Shown: positions 31,025-40,179 of the stretch, in pieces
Numbering within the stretch: position 1 is the first letter of the stretch
Layout of the letters: every line of letters begins with the position of its first letter
Origin: Patescibacteria group bacterium
GTDB taxonomy: Bacteria; Patescibacteriota; Minisyncoccia; Phycocordibacterales; JBAYGS01
DNA: 49,351 nucleotides
Reading direction: 5' to 3'
NCBI GenBank assembly: GCA_038078755.1
Contig: JBBTSQ010000025.1
Location: 7,099-56,449, forward strand
The notes under the pieces: model-generated
Databases searched by the model: none
What the model was told of the DNA's origin: nothing
What the model saw: the letters and a program-made list of their open reading frames with translations, nothing else
Translations under genes and position numbers: made by a program

Positions 31025-32452
31025 CTACCGCGAAGCCAGCAAAATTGAATCGATCATCTCTTCTTGAATCTTGGTCACCCACTTCATGGCGCTCACGCCG
31101 TAGGTATTGGCACGGGAGGATTGGGTGCATTTTTTACCGGAATAATACCGACAGGCGGCATTTTTTTCGGCAGAATAGGTTTGAGCACCGGCGCCTAAAT
31201 CCGCAAGATAAAGTGACGCAGCAACGATTGCATGCTCTGGATTCCATGGATCAGCAAGGGCTGGCGAAACACCCATGATGCCACCCACCCGTTTCTTATA
31301 CAATTCCCAAGTTGAAGCGATAAATTGGGCGGGGCCCATAGCGCCACCCCATCCGACCGGACTACCGCCACTATAATCGACAATCCAACACGACACTTTG
31401 GTGTTGGTATAATCTCTGCCCAAATTAGAGGTCAACTCAATAAACGGTACGACATCTCGATTCGGGTTCATCACTCGAATCTTTGCATCGCCGGAATTGG
31501 CGCCAACACCACCGCCGGTATTTTTGTCTCGCAAAAAGCATTGGCCAATATTTTTACCGAAGCTGGCAGTACTATAATCGTAACTCGACTCTTGCATCAA
31601 AATACCGAGCACAAATGCTGGCCGTACGCCGGTCGTCCGAGCGGCTTTGACCGCGTAATCATACGCGTCTCCAAACGGGATTCCTTCACCGTCTTGAAAT
31701 TTAAATAACTTGGAGCGAATTTTTGCCACTTTAGCTTTTTGGTCGAGCACAATCTTTTGAGCAGAGGTGTATTCACTGGTCTTGAGCGCAAGTAATGTCT
31801 TTTTTTCGGCTTTTTTTCGATCGATCAAACGTTTTTGAGCTTCGACTGCTTGTCGAGCATCCAGTTCTTTGTCTTTTCGATCTTCGAGTGTGGCTTTTTC
31901 AGCTTCAGTCTGCTTTTTTTGTGTTCGCACTTCATCAAGCACCACGACCAATTCTCGATTGAGTGTTTGAAATTGATCAACCTCTGTATAAAATGTCGAA
32001 AAACTTTTCTGACCAAGCACTACTGACGGAAGTGATACGGCATCTTTATCATTTAATATCTTAATAATCCGTCCCACTGATTCAGTATTTTTATCTATCT
32101 TAGATTCCAAGCCTGACACGGTCGTACTCTTGACTTTAATATCACGAGTAAGCTGATCAATGATTCGGTTCTGCACTTTTATTTTCTGTTCGGCAATCTT
32201 AATCTGCGTATCAATGACCTTAATCTCACTTTCAATTGAATCTTTTTCTCCTTTGATTTTTGCGCTACTTTCTTGAAGGGTAGCGAGTCCCGCGCACTCG
32301 GCTCTGGCTTGAGCGTCTGCTTGTGCCGAACTACTCGCACAGAAATCCGCAATAGGGTCACTCGCGGCTTTCAGTACATCGGGAGTTATGAGTATTCCCA
32401 ATACTATGAAGAAAACTGCCTCTCGGGCTACCAATCGGACGAAACGATACAT
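31025..32452 (-). CDS. secreted coiled-coil protein with C-terminal lysozyme-like (SLT/transglycosylase) domain
   Basis: N-terminal TM/signal sequence, a heptad-rich region of about 250 aa, then LGILMQESSY and GAMGPAQFIASTW motifs. Confidence 0.6.
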   Translation of the reverse strand: MYRFVRLVAREAVFFIVLGILITPDVLKAASDPIADFCASSSAQADAQARAECAGLATLQESSAKIKGEKDSIESEIKVIDTQIKIAEQKIKVQNRIIDQLTRDIKVKSTTVSGLESKIDKNTESVGRIIKILNDKDAVSLPSVVLGQKSFSTFYTEVDQFQTLNRELVVVLDEVRTQKKQTEAEKATLEDRKDKELDARQAVEAQKRLIDRKKAEKKTLLALKTSEYTSAQKIVLDQKAKVAKIRSKLFKFQDGEGIPFGDAYDYAVKAARTTGVRPAFVLGILMQESSYDYSTASFGKNIGQCFLRDKNTGGGVGANSGDAKIRVMNPNRDVVPFIELTSNLGRDYTNTKVSCWIVDYSGGSPVGWGGAMGPAQFIASTWELYKKRVGGIMGVSPALADPWNPEHAIVAASLYLADLGAGAQTYSAEKNAACRYYSGKKCTQSSRANTYGVSAMKWVTKIQEEMIDSILLASR

Positions 32453-32577
32453 CACTACAGTATACGGGAAAATCCGAGCAAAAGAAACCAAACAGGCGCT
32501 TGTTATATTTAAGATAATGGCTCAACGGAATGCCGTCTTCATAGTACTCTGATTCAACAATTCCGCTCAATCTCGCC

Positions 32578-34254
32578 CTACAATTGACCAATTTCCTCTG
32601 TCACAATTCCCGTCTTCCAAATCTTGCGATGCAATGTAGTCCACATTTCAGACAATTCCGGACTATTAAGAGCTTTGAGTATCCCTACCCATGCCACAAT
32701 ACCAATGATTGCTGAACAGAATGCCTGCAAAAATAAACCGAGCGTGGTTGTAAGCGAAAATATCGTACTAAAATAATTCAAAGAAAGATAGGTTACAAAC
32801 CCCATAATAATTGATGCCGAAACGCTCTGGAAAAAAGTCTCTCGAAGCGGGATCAGACGAATCGGACTGTGCGGTTTCAAACCCCACCACAAATAGAGCG
32901 CGTTTACACTCATTCCGATAGTAAACGCGAGAGGTAAGACCAGTATTTTGGTGCCCGCCACATCCGACACCCGAAAGAGCGCTTCGAGAAAATAATGAAA
33001 CGAAGGAATAGTGACAAATAGATGTGACAAACCGATGCTCGACAGGATAATAATAAGCGTCGAGTATACCGATATCTGTAACGGCCGTCGGGTTTCTCCT
33101 CGCGCATAATATGCCCTGACAAATAACAACACCAGACTTTGCGCCACTACCGACACGACAAATAGTGCCAATGTCGCAGCCGTCAGACGAGTGTCAGACC
33201 ATGTAAATTCTCCCGCTCCAAGCACCACGCGCACAATATGGGCGCGCAGAACAATAAAAAGGAGTGTTATGGGGATTGACCAGAACAAGATGTGTCGAGC
33301 GGCAGTAGCCAATTGCGTGAAGAAAGCGCTTGTATTGCCATCAGTATGCAACTTTGATAACGCCGGAAAAGCAGCCAGAGAATAACTCACTCCAATAATC
33401 GACAGTGGGACTGATTGCAAATTCAAGGCAAACGTGAACACCGCGATCGAGCCTTCGGCCATTTGTGACGCGAGTGACATTAAAAATAAGATAGCAATTT
33501 GAGACAATCCGAGAGTAAGTGTGCGTGGGAGCGATACCGCCATCACTTCAGTAAATACTCGATAACTGCCACGAAACACCAACTGTGGCATTCGACCAAT
33601 TGCTCGAACCGATGGTACCTGCACCAACACATGGAGTAACGCCCCAAAGACCACCCCATAGACCAAGCCCTTCGTACCAATTTTCGGATACAACACGACA
33701 ATACCGAAAATAATCCCGAGATTGTAAACGAGCGGACTCAATGCGTATACTACAAATCGCCGATAGGCTTGAGTAATACTGCCCAGACAATTTGAAAGAC
33801 CGAGCAGTATCGGCGAGAACAAAAGGATGCGAGTAAACAGTGTTAATTGAATATGATCATCACCAGTTATTCCCGGGAAAAACCAGAGAGTCAATGCGGG
33901 AGAAAGCCACCACGCAAGAGCACCGACACAGACAATGACCGCCAGAAAGGCTGTGGCAAGTTGACTGACAAACTGTCGAGATTCAGCTTCACTATTTTTC
34001 GCCCGATCCAATAAAAAGGGTACAAGGACTGACACTGAAACAATCGAGCCGACAGAAATAAACAACAGATCAGGGATTCGAAAGGCGGCATAGTAGATAT
34101 CGAGTGTTGCCCCTGCCCCAAACGTATACGCAAGCAAGCGATCACGAAACAGCGCGAGAAGTTGCGAAAGAATAGCAAAAAATCCCAAGAGATACGCTGC
34201 CTCATGAAGGTTACCTATCTCTTTACCCAAGAGTGACAGGATTCTCTTTACCAT
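32578..34254 (-). CDS. murJ: lipid II flippase MurJ
   Basis: 558 aa with about 14 TM helices. The N-terminus LLAYTFGAGATLDIYYAAFRIPDLLF is typical of MviN/MurJ. Confidence 0.85.
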   Translation of the reverse strand: MVKRILSLLGKEIGNLHEAAYLLGFFAILSQLLALFRDRLLAYTFGAGATLDIYYAAFRIPDLLFISVGSIVSVSVLVPFLLDRAKNSEAESRQFVSQLATAFLAVIVCVGALAWWLSPALTLWFFPGITGDDHIQLTLFTRILLFSPILLGLSNCLGSITQAYRRFVVYALSPLVYNLGIIFGIVVLYPKIGTKGLVYGVVFGALLHVLVQVPSVRAIGRMPQLVFRGSYRVFTEVMAVSLPRTLTLGLSQIAILFLMSLASQMAEGSIAVFTFALNLQSVPLSIIGVSYSLAAFPALSKLHTDGNTSAFFTQLATAARHILFWSIPITLLFIVLRAHIVRVVLGAGEFTWSDTRLTAATLALFVVSVVAQSLVLLFVRAYYARGETRRPLQISVYSTLIIILSSIGLSHLFVTIPSFHYFLEALFRVSDVAGTKILVLPLAFTIGMSVNALYLWWGLKPHSPIRLIPLRETFFQSVSASIIMGFVTYLSLNYFSTIFSLTTTLGLFLQAFCSAIIGIVAWVGILKALNSPELSEMWTTLHRKIWKTGIVTEEIGQL

Positions 34255-34263
34255 AGAACCGAT

Positions 34264-36348
34264 TTATTTTTTCTTTTGAGTAGCATCCTTACTGACGGTT
34301 GGAGACGATTGCGGTCTGACCTTGTTTATTTCAGCAAGAAACGTCTTTGCGTCTTCGTAATCAGGCTTAAGTGAGAGTGCTACCTGTACCGCTTCTTTGG
34401 CAAGAGCGATGTTGCCAGCAGTTGCTTCAAGACGCGCGGTCAGAAGATAGATAAGTGGATTTTGTGAATTACGTTTGACCGCTTCGGCATAATCCGCCTT
34501 GGCACTTTCGTATGCATTGGGTATATTCAGCGGGATTACCAACTCATACACACGCGCGCGAGTAAGATAATTCTGGTAATTGGTTGCGTCGTACGCCACC
34601 GCTTGATTGGCGGCAGTATTGGCAAACCGGAACAGGGTCTCAAATTGAGCTCGAACCTCTTCAGCCTTTGCGGACGAGAGATCAGTGTTGAGCATCGCGA
34701 CCAATTGGGCCACATAGAAATCAGCAATGGCTCGCAAGTACAAATCGTTTTGACCGATTTTAAATGCCTTAACCAGATGCTGTTCACCCGCAACCGGATC
34801 ATTGGCACCGAACGCAGTTGCCCCTTTCCTGAAGTGATACGATGCCACTGATTTCTGCAGATACACATATCCAAGTGTCACCAAGGCAATAAGTGCCGCG
34901 ACAAATCCAAGTGTTGTAAATAATGTAGCGAGTGAACGACTGTTCATGGCCATCGAAGTACTCTGTATTACTCCTTCTCGAGATAGTGCGGCAAAATATA
35001 AACCAGTCACCGCAAAAGTAAGCACCATTGCCAAGATACCCGGAACATAGATCACCATTGATACCCACAGAAATGCAGTGGCGAAAAGAAGCGCCAAGGT
35101 CACTCCCCGACCCCGAGCGTCACCAGCAGGTTTTCGCAACACTCGCACCATACTAGCAACTAAAAATACCAAGAAGACTGCCCAACCGAGCGCGCCGACG
35201 ATTCCAGTGGTGATCAGTGCTGTTGGCACGAAACCAATACCATACGAGAAATCAACATTCCAGAACGGCCACGCATTAATCCCCTGCGGTTTGTTTGCAT
35301 TCCATGCAGATGAAAAGCGGTTTGGACCAACACCAAATACCGGGTCAACCTTGAGAGTTGCTACTACAATCTCTCCAGTCGATGTCCATGACGGGCGAAC
35401 TTCGACTTGAGAGATTGCCAGTTTTTCAGTCACTCGAGCGGTAAACGGCTGTGTAGAAAATACCGCGAGGTTGTCGAGAATAAAGAAGACTGATACAAGC
35501 AAAACGGCGACTGCGAGATACGGCACTTTTCGATAAACAGGCGTAGTTGTCTCTGAATCAGGGGATGAGGTTAGTCGAGAAAAGAACTGGTAGAGGGCAA
35601 AACCAATCGCAAAGATAGCGACCATTACCCACACCATAAATGAATTCACCGTCACCAACATGCAAAGTGACACAAGTAACAAAATGTACAATACAATTCG
35701 CACAAAAATCGTATGCGTCAACCGAGTCAACAATATAAGCGCAGTGATGGTTCCGAAGCCAAACAAAATAGATAAATCATACCACTTGCCAAATGTGTTG
35801 TGAGTGATATCGGTAAACACTCCCATACTTAAAAACGTCGGTCCGAATCCAAATCGAAGTGCATGAAATAGGCCGAGAATGAGCGGGGTCGATAGAATGA
35901 TAGCAAGCAAAGAAAGCGATCGTCCGGTGCTTCGGAAGAGATATGCAACAAGTGCAGTCAGCGTAGTGAGTGTGAGCACAAATCCGAATGTGCCAACCTC
36001 AAATCCGTAGCCAACTAGCCCAGTAGTCGGGTGCGCAGATGCCAACGCAGAGATTCCGTAGATTACTGGTAACGCCCAAAGTGACCACACCAACGGGGAT
36101 TTCGAGATCGTCATTTTTCGATCTTGCAATCGAGCACAGATGACCAAAAGCGCCGCCACACAGACAACGACAACCAGTGTAGTTATTTTCAAAAATTCAA
36201 ACAAAACAAATGGGGACGGAATAAACAGAAGTGGAAGTATAAATAGACCGATAGACAAGACAATAATCGCGACGTGTTCAAATCGAGAGAACGTCTTCAC
36301 ACTAACTGATGTTTCATTTGACATAGATACGTAAAAATAACGGCTCAC
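34264..36348 (-). CDS. O-antigen-ligase-like polytopic membrane protein with C-terminal TPR-like repeats
   Basis: More than 10 TM helices followed by soluble helical repeats. The start may be the ATG at 36324 rather than the GTG at 36348. Confidence 0.55.
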   Translation of the reverse strand: MSRYFYVSMSNETSVSVKTFSRFEHVAIIVLSIGLFILPLLFIPSPFVLFEFLKITTLVVVVCVAALLVICARLQDRKMTISKSPLVWSLWALPVIYGISALASAHPTTGLVGYGFEVGTFGFVLTLTTLTALVAYLFRSTGRSLSLLAIILSTPLILGLFHALRFGFGPTFLSMGVFTDITHNTFGKWYDLSILFGFGTITALILLTRLTHTIFVRIVLYILLLVSLCMLVTVNSFMVWVMVAIFAIGFALYQFFSRLTSSPDSETTTPVYRKVPYLAVAVLLVSVFFILDNLAVFSTQPFTARVTEKLAISQVEVRPSWTSTGEIVVATLKVDPVFGVGPNRFSSAWNANKPQGINAWPFWNVDFSYGIGFVPTALITTGIVGALGWAVFLVFLVASMVRVLRKPAGDARGRGVTLALLFATAFLWVSMVIYVPGILAMVLTFAVTGLYFAALSREGVIQSTSMAMNSRSLATLFTTLGFVAALIALVTLGYVYLQKSVASYHFRKGATAFGANDPVAGEQHLVKAFKIGQNDLYLRAIADFYVAQLVAMLNTDLSSAKAEEVRAQFETLFRFANTAANQAVAYDATNYQNYLTRARVYELVIPLNIPNAYESAKADYAEAVKRNSQNPLIYLLTARLEATAGNIALAKEAVQVALSLKPDYEDAKTFLAEINKVRPQSSPTVSKDATQKKK

Positions 36349-36419
36349 GCTTTTAATAATGGTGTAAGTATACTACAAAAATAATTGGTCAACTAGGGAT
36401 AAGGTGCAAAATCAAATTA

Positions 36420-36520
36420 ACAATTTACAACAAACAACTGACGACATGAGGGAAAGGGAGAAGTGAGGGACGGGTCGCGTCGCGACCCGTCCCTCTGATT
36501 GTTTGTTGTGAGTTACCCAT
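36420..36520. repeat. inverted pair of A/C-only word tracts around a GC palindrome
   Basis: CAATTTACAACAAACAACTGACGAC ... GAGGGACGGGTCGCG/CGCGACCCGTCCCTC ... TCTGATTGTTTGTTGTGAGTTA. Confidence 0.85.
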
Positions 36521-36522
36521 TC

Positions 36523-36552
36523 TTGCTTCTTATCTTACCTTTATGGTATAAT
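36523..36552 (+). promoter_or_regulatory. promoter TTGCTT-18-TATAAT for rnpB
   Basis: The TATAAT box ends 6 nt before the predicted RNase P RNA 5' end. Confidence 0.55.
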
Positions 36553-36558
36553 ACTTAT

Positions 36559-37005
36559 GGGTAATAGGTAGTTACTCGATTGTGCAATATGCCCAATCGG
36601 GAGGAAAGTCCGAACACGTCCGTGCGAAACCTGCCTATCGGTAGGTAGAGTGCGGAGGATGGTAGCGGGTAACCCCCGTCGGGAGCAATCCTCGAGGTGC
36701 GAACAGCAACGTCTGATTCCGAAAGGATAGGAATTCCGCGCAAGCGGAATGTCTTGGTGGCAACGCCAAGCTGCAACGGCCAAACCCTTACCTACGTGCA
36801 AGACCGTATCCCAGTGTGGAGCACTGGGAATGTCAAATTATCAATGCTCAATTTTCAACAGCCAGTGCTTGAAAAGTGAACACTTGAAATTGGTACTTCC
36901 AACGCTCTACATTGGTTTGAGTCGCCAGAGCCATGTGGCAACACACGGCCCAGACAAATGACTACCTTAGGCGCAAGCCTAACAGAATTCGGCTTATCGT
37001 TACCC
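36559..37005 (+). ncRNA. rnpB: RNase P RNA, bacterial type A, with an AT-rich extension
   Basis: GGGAGGAAAGTCCGAACAC (CR-I) and AGACAAATGACTACC...ACAGAATTCGGCTTATCG (CR-IV/V). P1 pairing GGGTAA/TTACCC. Confidence 0.9.
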
Positions 37006-37052
37006 AGCATCAAAAATCGCTCTTCAAACGAGCGATTTTTGCTTTCAAAAGA

Positions 37053-37355
37053 TTACACGAGTAGCTTGACTGCGTACGAGACGGTGTCTCCCGCCCAAAT
37101 GTCTTCTGCTTTTCTTACTTTTGCCTTGAGCGGTAAAAGATACGCGCTCGCTCTCCTGTCCGGAAAAATCGAACTCTTCCAGATCGTCTTACCGATAGTG
37201 ACCGACACCGGAAGTGATCCCCACCCTTTTGCCAGTCGTCCGTATTTTTCTTTTATTGTACCTGATTCTTTTTTCGGCACAATCAAAAAATGCCAGCCCG
37301 CCATCCCTGGGTAGAGCAACACTTTGGACGTTAGTTTGTATGATTTAGAAGACAT
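37053..37355 (-). CDS. DUF1905 domain protein
   Basis: 100 aa. The W-H-F..VP pattern (MAGWHFLIVPKKESGTIKEKYG) and the TIGKTIWKSSIFP..LPLKAKVRK layout resemble DUF1905. Confidence 0.65.
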   Translation of the reverse strand: MSSKSYKLTSKVLLYPGMAGWHFLIVPKKESGTIKEKYGRLAKGWGSLPVSVTIGKTIWKSSIFPDRRASAYLLPLKAKVRKAEDIWAGDTVSYAVKLLV

Positions 37356-37474
37356 CTCCCGCCAATTGTACCACTTTCAAAATGAGGCACTGTCCCGACC
37401 TTGAGCAAAAGACTTTTTTCTGCTACCGTTGTGACATCAGTGTAAAGATTTCTTTCTCTGACTGTCTTTTCTAA

Positions 37475-37505
37475 AAATTGCGCATCTATCTAATGGTACG
37501 GTGCC
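37475..37505 (+). pseudogene. duplicated 5' fragment of tRNA-Gln
   Basis: AATTGCGCATCTATCTAATGGTACGG versus AATTGCGGGATCATCTAATGGTAGGA at the real gene, including 4 nt of upstream flank. Confidence 0.5.
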
Positions 37506-37628
37506 TGTTTTTAAAGAGCGGAGCGACTATAAAAACCAGCGCATACCGATGAGTGGAGCGAATCGGTAATCCGCCACAAAAGGTGATAGTATGGATACAG
37601 TAAGTTAGCATATTTAAAGTTATATAAT

Positions 37629-37699
37629 TGCGGGATCATCTAATGGTAGGATAGTCGCCTCTGAAGCGATTCATCTTGGTTCGAATCCAAGTCCCGCAG
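37629..37699 (+). tRNA. tRNA-Gln (anticodon CUG)
   Basis: TGCGGGATCATCTAATGGTAGGATAGTCGCCTCTGAAGCGATTCATCTTGGTTCGAATCCAAGTCCCGCAG, with the U1-A72 pair typical of bacterial tRNA-Gln. Confidence 0.85.
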
Positions 37700-37829
37700 C
37701 TCGAGGAGTGAGAGCGACGAAGATACCGAGTAGAGCACTTGCTCGGTGCAAACTAAGCGTAAAAATCGCGTCGAAATGAGTACATTTTCGACGTAGACTA
37801 TTAGCTTTTTACGCAGGAAAAATATCTCA

Positions 37830-38081
37830 ATGTATTTCACCTACATTCTTAGATGCGCTGACAACACTCTGTATGTTGGGTGCACAAACAATCTCCCCCG
37901 CCGTCTGCACCAGCACAATAATTCTAAACGAGGAGCCCACTATACCAAAATACGCAGACCGGTTACTTTGAAATATAAAGAAGAATTTGCCACACTGAAA
38001 GAAGCTCGCTCCCGCGAAAGAGAGATAAAAAGCTGGACCAGACAAAAGAAATTAAATTTGATAACATTAAGCCATCTTTGA
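37830..38081 (+). CDS. stand-alone GIY-YIG nuclease family protein (83 aa)
   Basis: MYFTYILRCADNTLYVGCTNNLPRRLHQH...REREIK. Confidence 0.8.
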   Translation: MYFTYILRCADNTLYVGCTNNLPRRLHQHNNSKRGAHYTKIRRPVTLKYKEEFATLKEARSREREIKSWTRQKKLNLITLSHL

Positions 38082-38114
38082 GATAGGTTCAAACTATAAA
38101 AGTATAATTACCCT

Positions 38115-38750
38115 ATGCGAAAAATTATCACCACAACCTTTGTGACATTGGACGGCGTCATGCAAGCGCCCGGCGGACCGGAGGAGGACACTTCGAACGG
38201 TTTTAAACACGGCGGCTGGCAAGCGGCGGTGCCCATGGACGAGATGATGGGTGCCACTCTCTCGAAAGGTATGAACGCCCCGTTTGAACTACTTCTCGGC
38301 AAGACCACCTACAACATTTTTGCTTCGTATTGGCCCCACGCAAAGGTGGACAACGAAGTGGCCGTGCCGTTCAACCGCACGAGAAAATACGTCGTGTCGC
38401 ATTCATCTTTCAAGCCTGCGTGGAACAACTCGGTCTGCATCACGGGCGACCTGCCTGACCGGCAGGCAGGTGTGGTGGAACAGATCAAAAAGCTCAAGCA
38501 AGAAGATGGTCCAAACCTGTGGGTCTGGGGCAGTGGCGACCTCATTCAGACATTGCTCAAGGCACACCTCATCGACCAAATGCAGGTCTGGATCTATCCG
38601 CTCACCATCGGCAGTGGCAAGAAGCTTTTTGCCAATGGAACCCAAGCCGAGAAATTCAAACTCATTGAATCCAAGATCTCCAGCACCGGCGTGATCCTCG
38701 CCACCTACGAGCCTGCGGGCGGTTTCAAGACCGGGAGGGTGGATGAGTAA
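38115..38750 (+). CDS. dihydrofolate reductase family protein (RibD C-terminal-like)
   Basis: MRKIITTTFVTLDGVMQAPGGPEED..GGW and the later VWGSGDL pattern. Confidence 0.7.
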   Translation: MRKIITTTFVTLDGVMQAPGGPEEDTSNGFKHGGWQAAVPMDEMMGATLSKGMNAPFELLLGKTTYNIFASYWPHAKVDNEVAVPFNRTRKYVVSHSSFKPAWNNSVCITGDLPDRQAGVVEQIKKLKQEDGPNLWVWGSGDLIQTLLKAHLIDQMQVWIYPLTIGSGKKLFANGTQAEKFKLIESKISSTGVILATYEPAGGFKTGRVDE

Positions 38751-38804
38751 GTCGATATGAATACTAATCAGTTTGGGGTAGACTCGGACTCCAAGAAGTA
38801 TCAC

Positions 38805-39257
38805 ATGACAACAAAACAAATCACATTCACTGGACTGATAATTATTCCAATTCTTGCTTTGGGGTGGACTGTTTTCAGTTCTTTCTCACAGAAATCATCA
38901 ATACGGCAAGAGGGTATCATAAATACCGTAGGGCAAGTTGGCAATAATACTGTAAATAATAATTATCCGGAAACATCAATCGAAAAAGTTTTGCCTATAT
39001 TGTTAAATTCAAAATCTCTTAACTCTTACGTGCAGGAGTATGAAGTTAAGCTTGCCTATCCAAATCCTAGTACGATGTTAAATGTAACGAGTAGTGACAC
39101 AAGGATTCGAATTTCAGATATTAAACAGCAAAATTTTGGGGGTGGTATATCTGTATTTAAGGATTCAGGTATTACTTTTCCACATACCATTTTTCATGTC
39201 ACATTCATGACTGATAAAGAGGTTGGCCCTGATAGTGTCTGGTTCAACGTGAGATAA
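38805..39257 (+). CDS. membrane-anchored hypothetical protein (150 aa), AT-rich
   Basis: Start at MTTKQ with an N-terminal TM (LIIIPILALGWTVF). No family recognised. Confidence 0.4.
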   Translation: MTTKQITFTGLIIIPILALGWTVFSSFSQKSSIRQEGIINTVGQVGNNTVNNNYPETSIEKVLPILLNSKSLNSYVQEYEVKLAYPNPSTMLNVTSSDTRIRISDIKQQNFGGGISVFKDSGITFPHTIFHVTFMTDKEVGPDSVWFNVR

Positions 39258-39320
39258 TTTTCAAGAGCAGATAAATTTGTGCGTTTAGGTAAGACCCAAT
39301 ACATTGTCAAAAAACCTATC

Positions 39321-39671
39321 ATGAAAAAACACCGCATCTACACAATGATCTTCGCCAGCGTCTATCCTTTTTATGTCGCCAAGGCAAAGAAAAAAGGCCG
39401 CACGAAGGCGGAGGTCGACGAGATCATTCGTTGGCTCACGGGATACAGCCAAAAAAAGCTGGAAGCGCAGATGAAAAAGCAGATAACTATCGAGACCTTC
39501 ATTGCCGAAGCGCCCAAACTCAATCCCTTGCGGTCTTTGGTCAAAGGTATTGTCTGCGGTGTCCATGTCGAAGACATTAAAGACCCGATTATGCGCGAAA
39601 TTCGCTACCTGGATAAACTAATCGACGAATTGGCAAAAGGCAGAACAATGGAAAAAATTTTGCGGAAGTGA
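39321..39671 (+). CDS. DUF2200 domain protein
   Basis: [42 protein letters not shown] matches my memory of DUF2200. Confidence 0.65.
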   Translation: MKKHRIYTMIFASVYPFYVAKAKKKGRTKAEVDEIIRWLTGYSQKKLEAQMKKQITIETFIAEAPKLNPLRSLVKGIVCGVHVEDIKDPIMREIRYLDKLIDELAKGRTMEKILRK

Positions 39672-39733
39672 AACCTTGGAGATTAGATTCTATGGGCATA
39701 TTGTAATTAGAAAATTAACTTAAAAACAACTGT

Positions 39734-39985
39734 ATGACCAAAAAGAGACTTGCTGGCGGTGCGGTGCATAAATTGCCAGAGGATTTAGAGAAAGCTATCG
39801 TGTCTGTGCCGAAAGCGCGGGCAATTTGGGACAACATTACTCCGCTCGCGCGCAATGAGTGGATATGCTGGGTTATTTCCGGCAAGAAAGAAGAAACGAG
39901 AGGCATCCGTATCCAAAAAGCCATCTCAAAACTCAAAGGCGGAATGCGTAGGCCTTGCTGTTGGGAGGGTTGCACTCATCGTTAG
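39734..39985 (+). CDS. YdeI/OmpD-associated family protein
   Basis: 83 aa, LPEDLEKAI...W..ITPLARNEWICWV..AKKEETR..RI. Confidence 0.6.
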   Translation: MTKKRLAGGAVHKLPEDLEKAIVSVPKARAIWDNITPLARNEWICWVISGKKEETRGIRIQKAISKLKGGMRRPCCWEGCTHR

Positions 39986-40087
39986 GCAACCCTCATATTT
40001 TTTGATAGTACTATAAGGTGGCGCCTGGTAGTAGATGCGTTTTCTGATTTACAAAAAAGCCGATTTTTCTGCCAAAACCGGTGATTT

Positions 40088-40165
40088 AAAGTTAAAGGCT
40101 CAATCCGCCGCGGCGGATTGAGCCTTTAACTTTTTCCAGCCCTCTACAGAGCCATTTTTGACTCT
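40088..40165. repeat. GAGCC/GGCTC modular hairpin repeat, compact copy D
   Basis: Perfect 40-nt palindrome GTTAAAGGCTCAATCCGCCG|CGGCGGATTGAGCCTTTAAC, followed by CTACAGAGCCATTTTTGAC. Confidence 0.8.
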
Positions 40166-40179
40166 TTAATCCAAACTCA

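Noticed and set aside
36541-37314. Several 60-118-aa ORFs (36541-36801, 36555-36776, 36697-36879, 36749-36961, 36958-37314)
   Set aside because: They overlap the RNase P RNA gene, which has clear conserved regions, or lie antisense to the DUF1905 gene. None has protein-like features.
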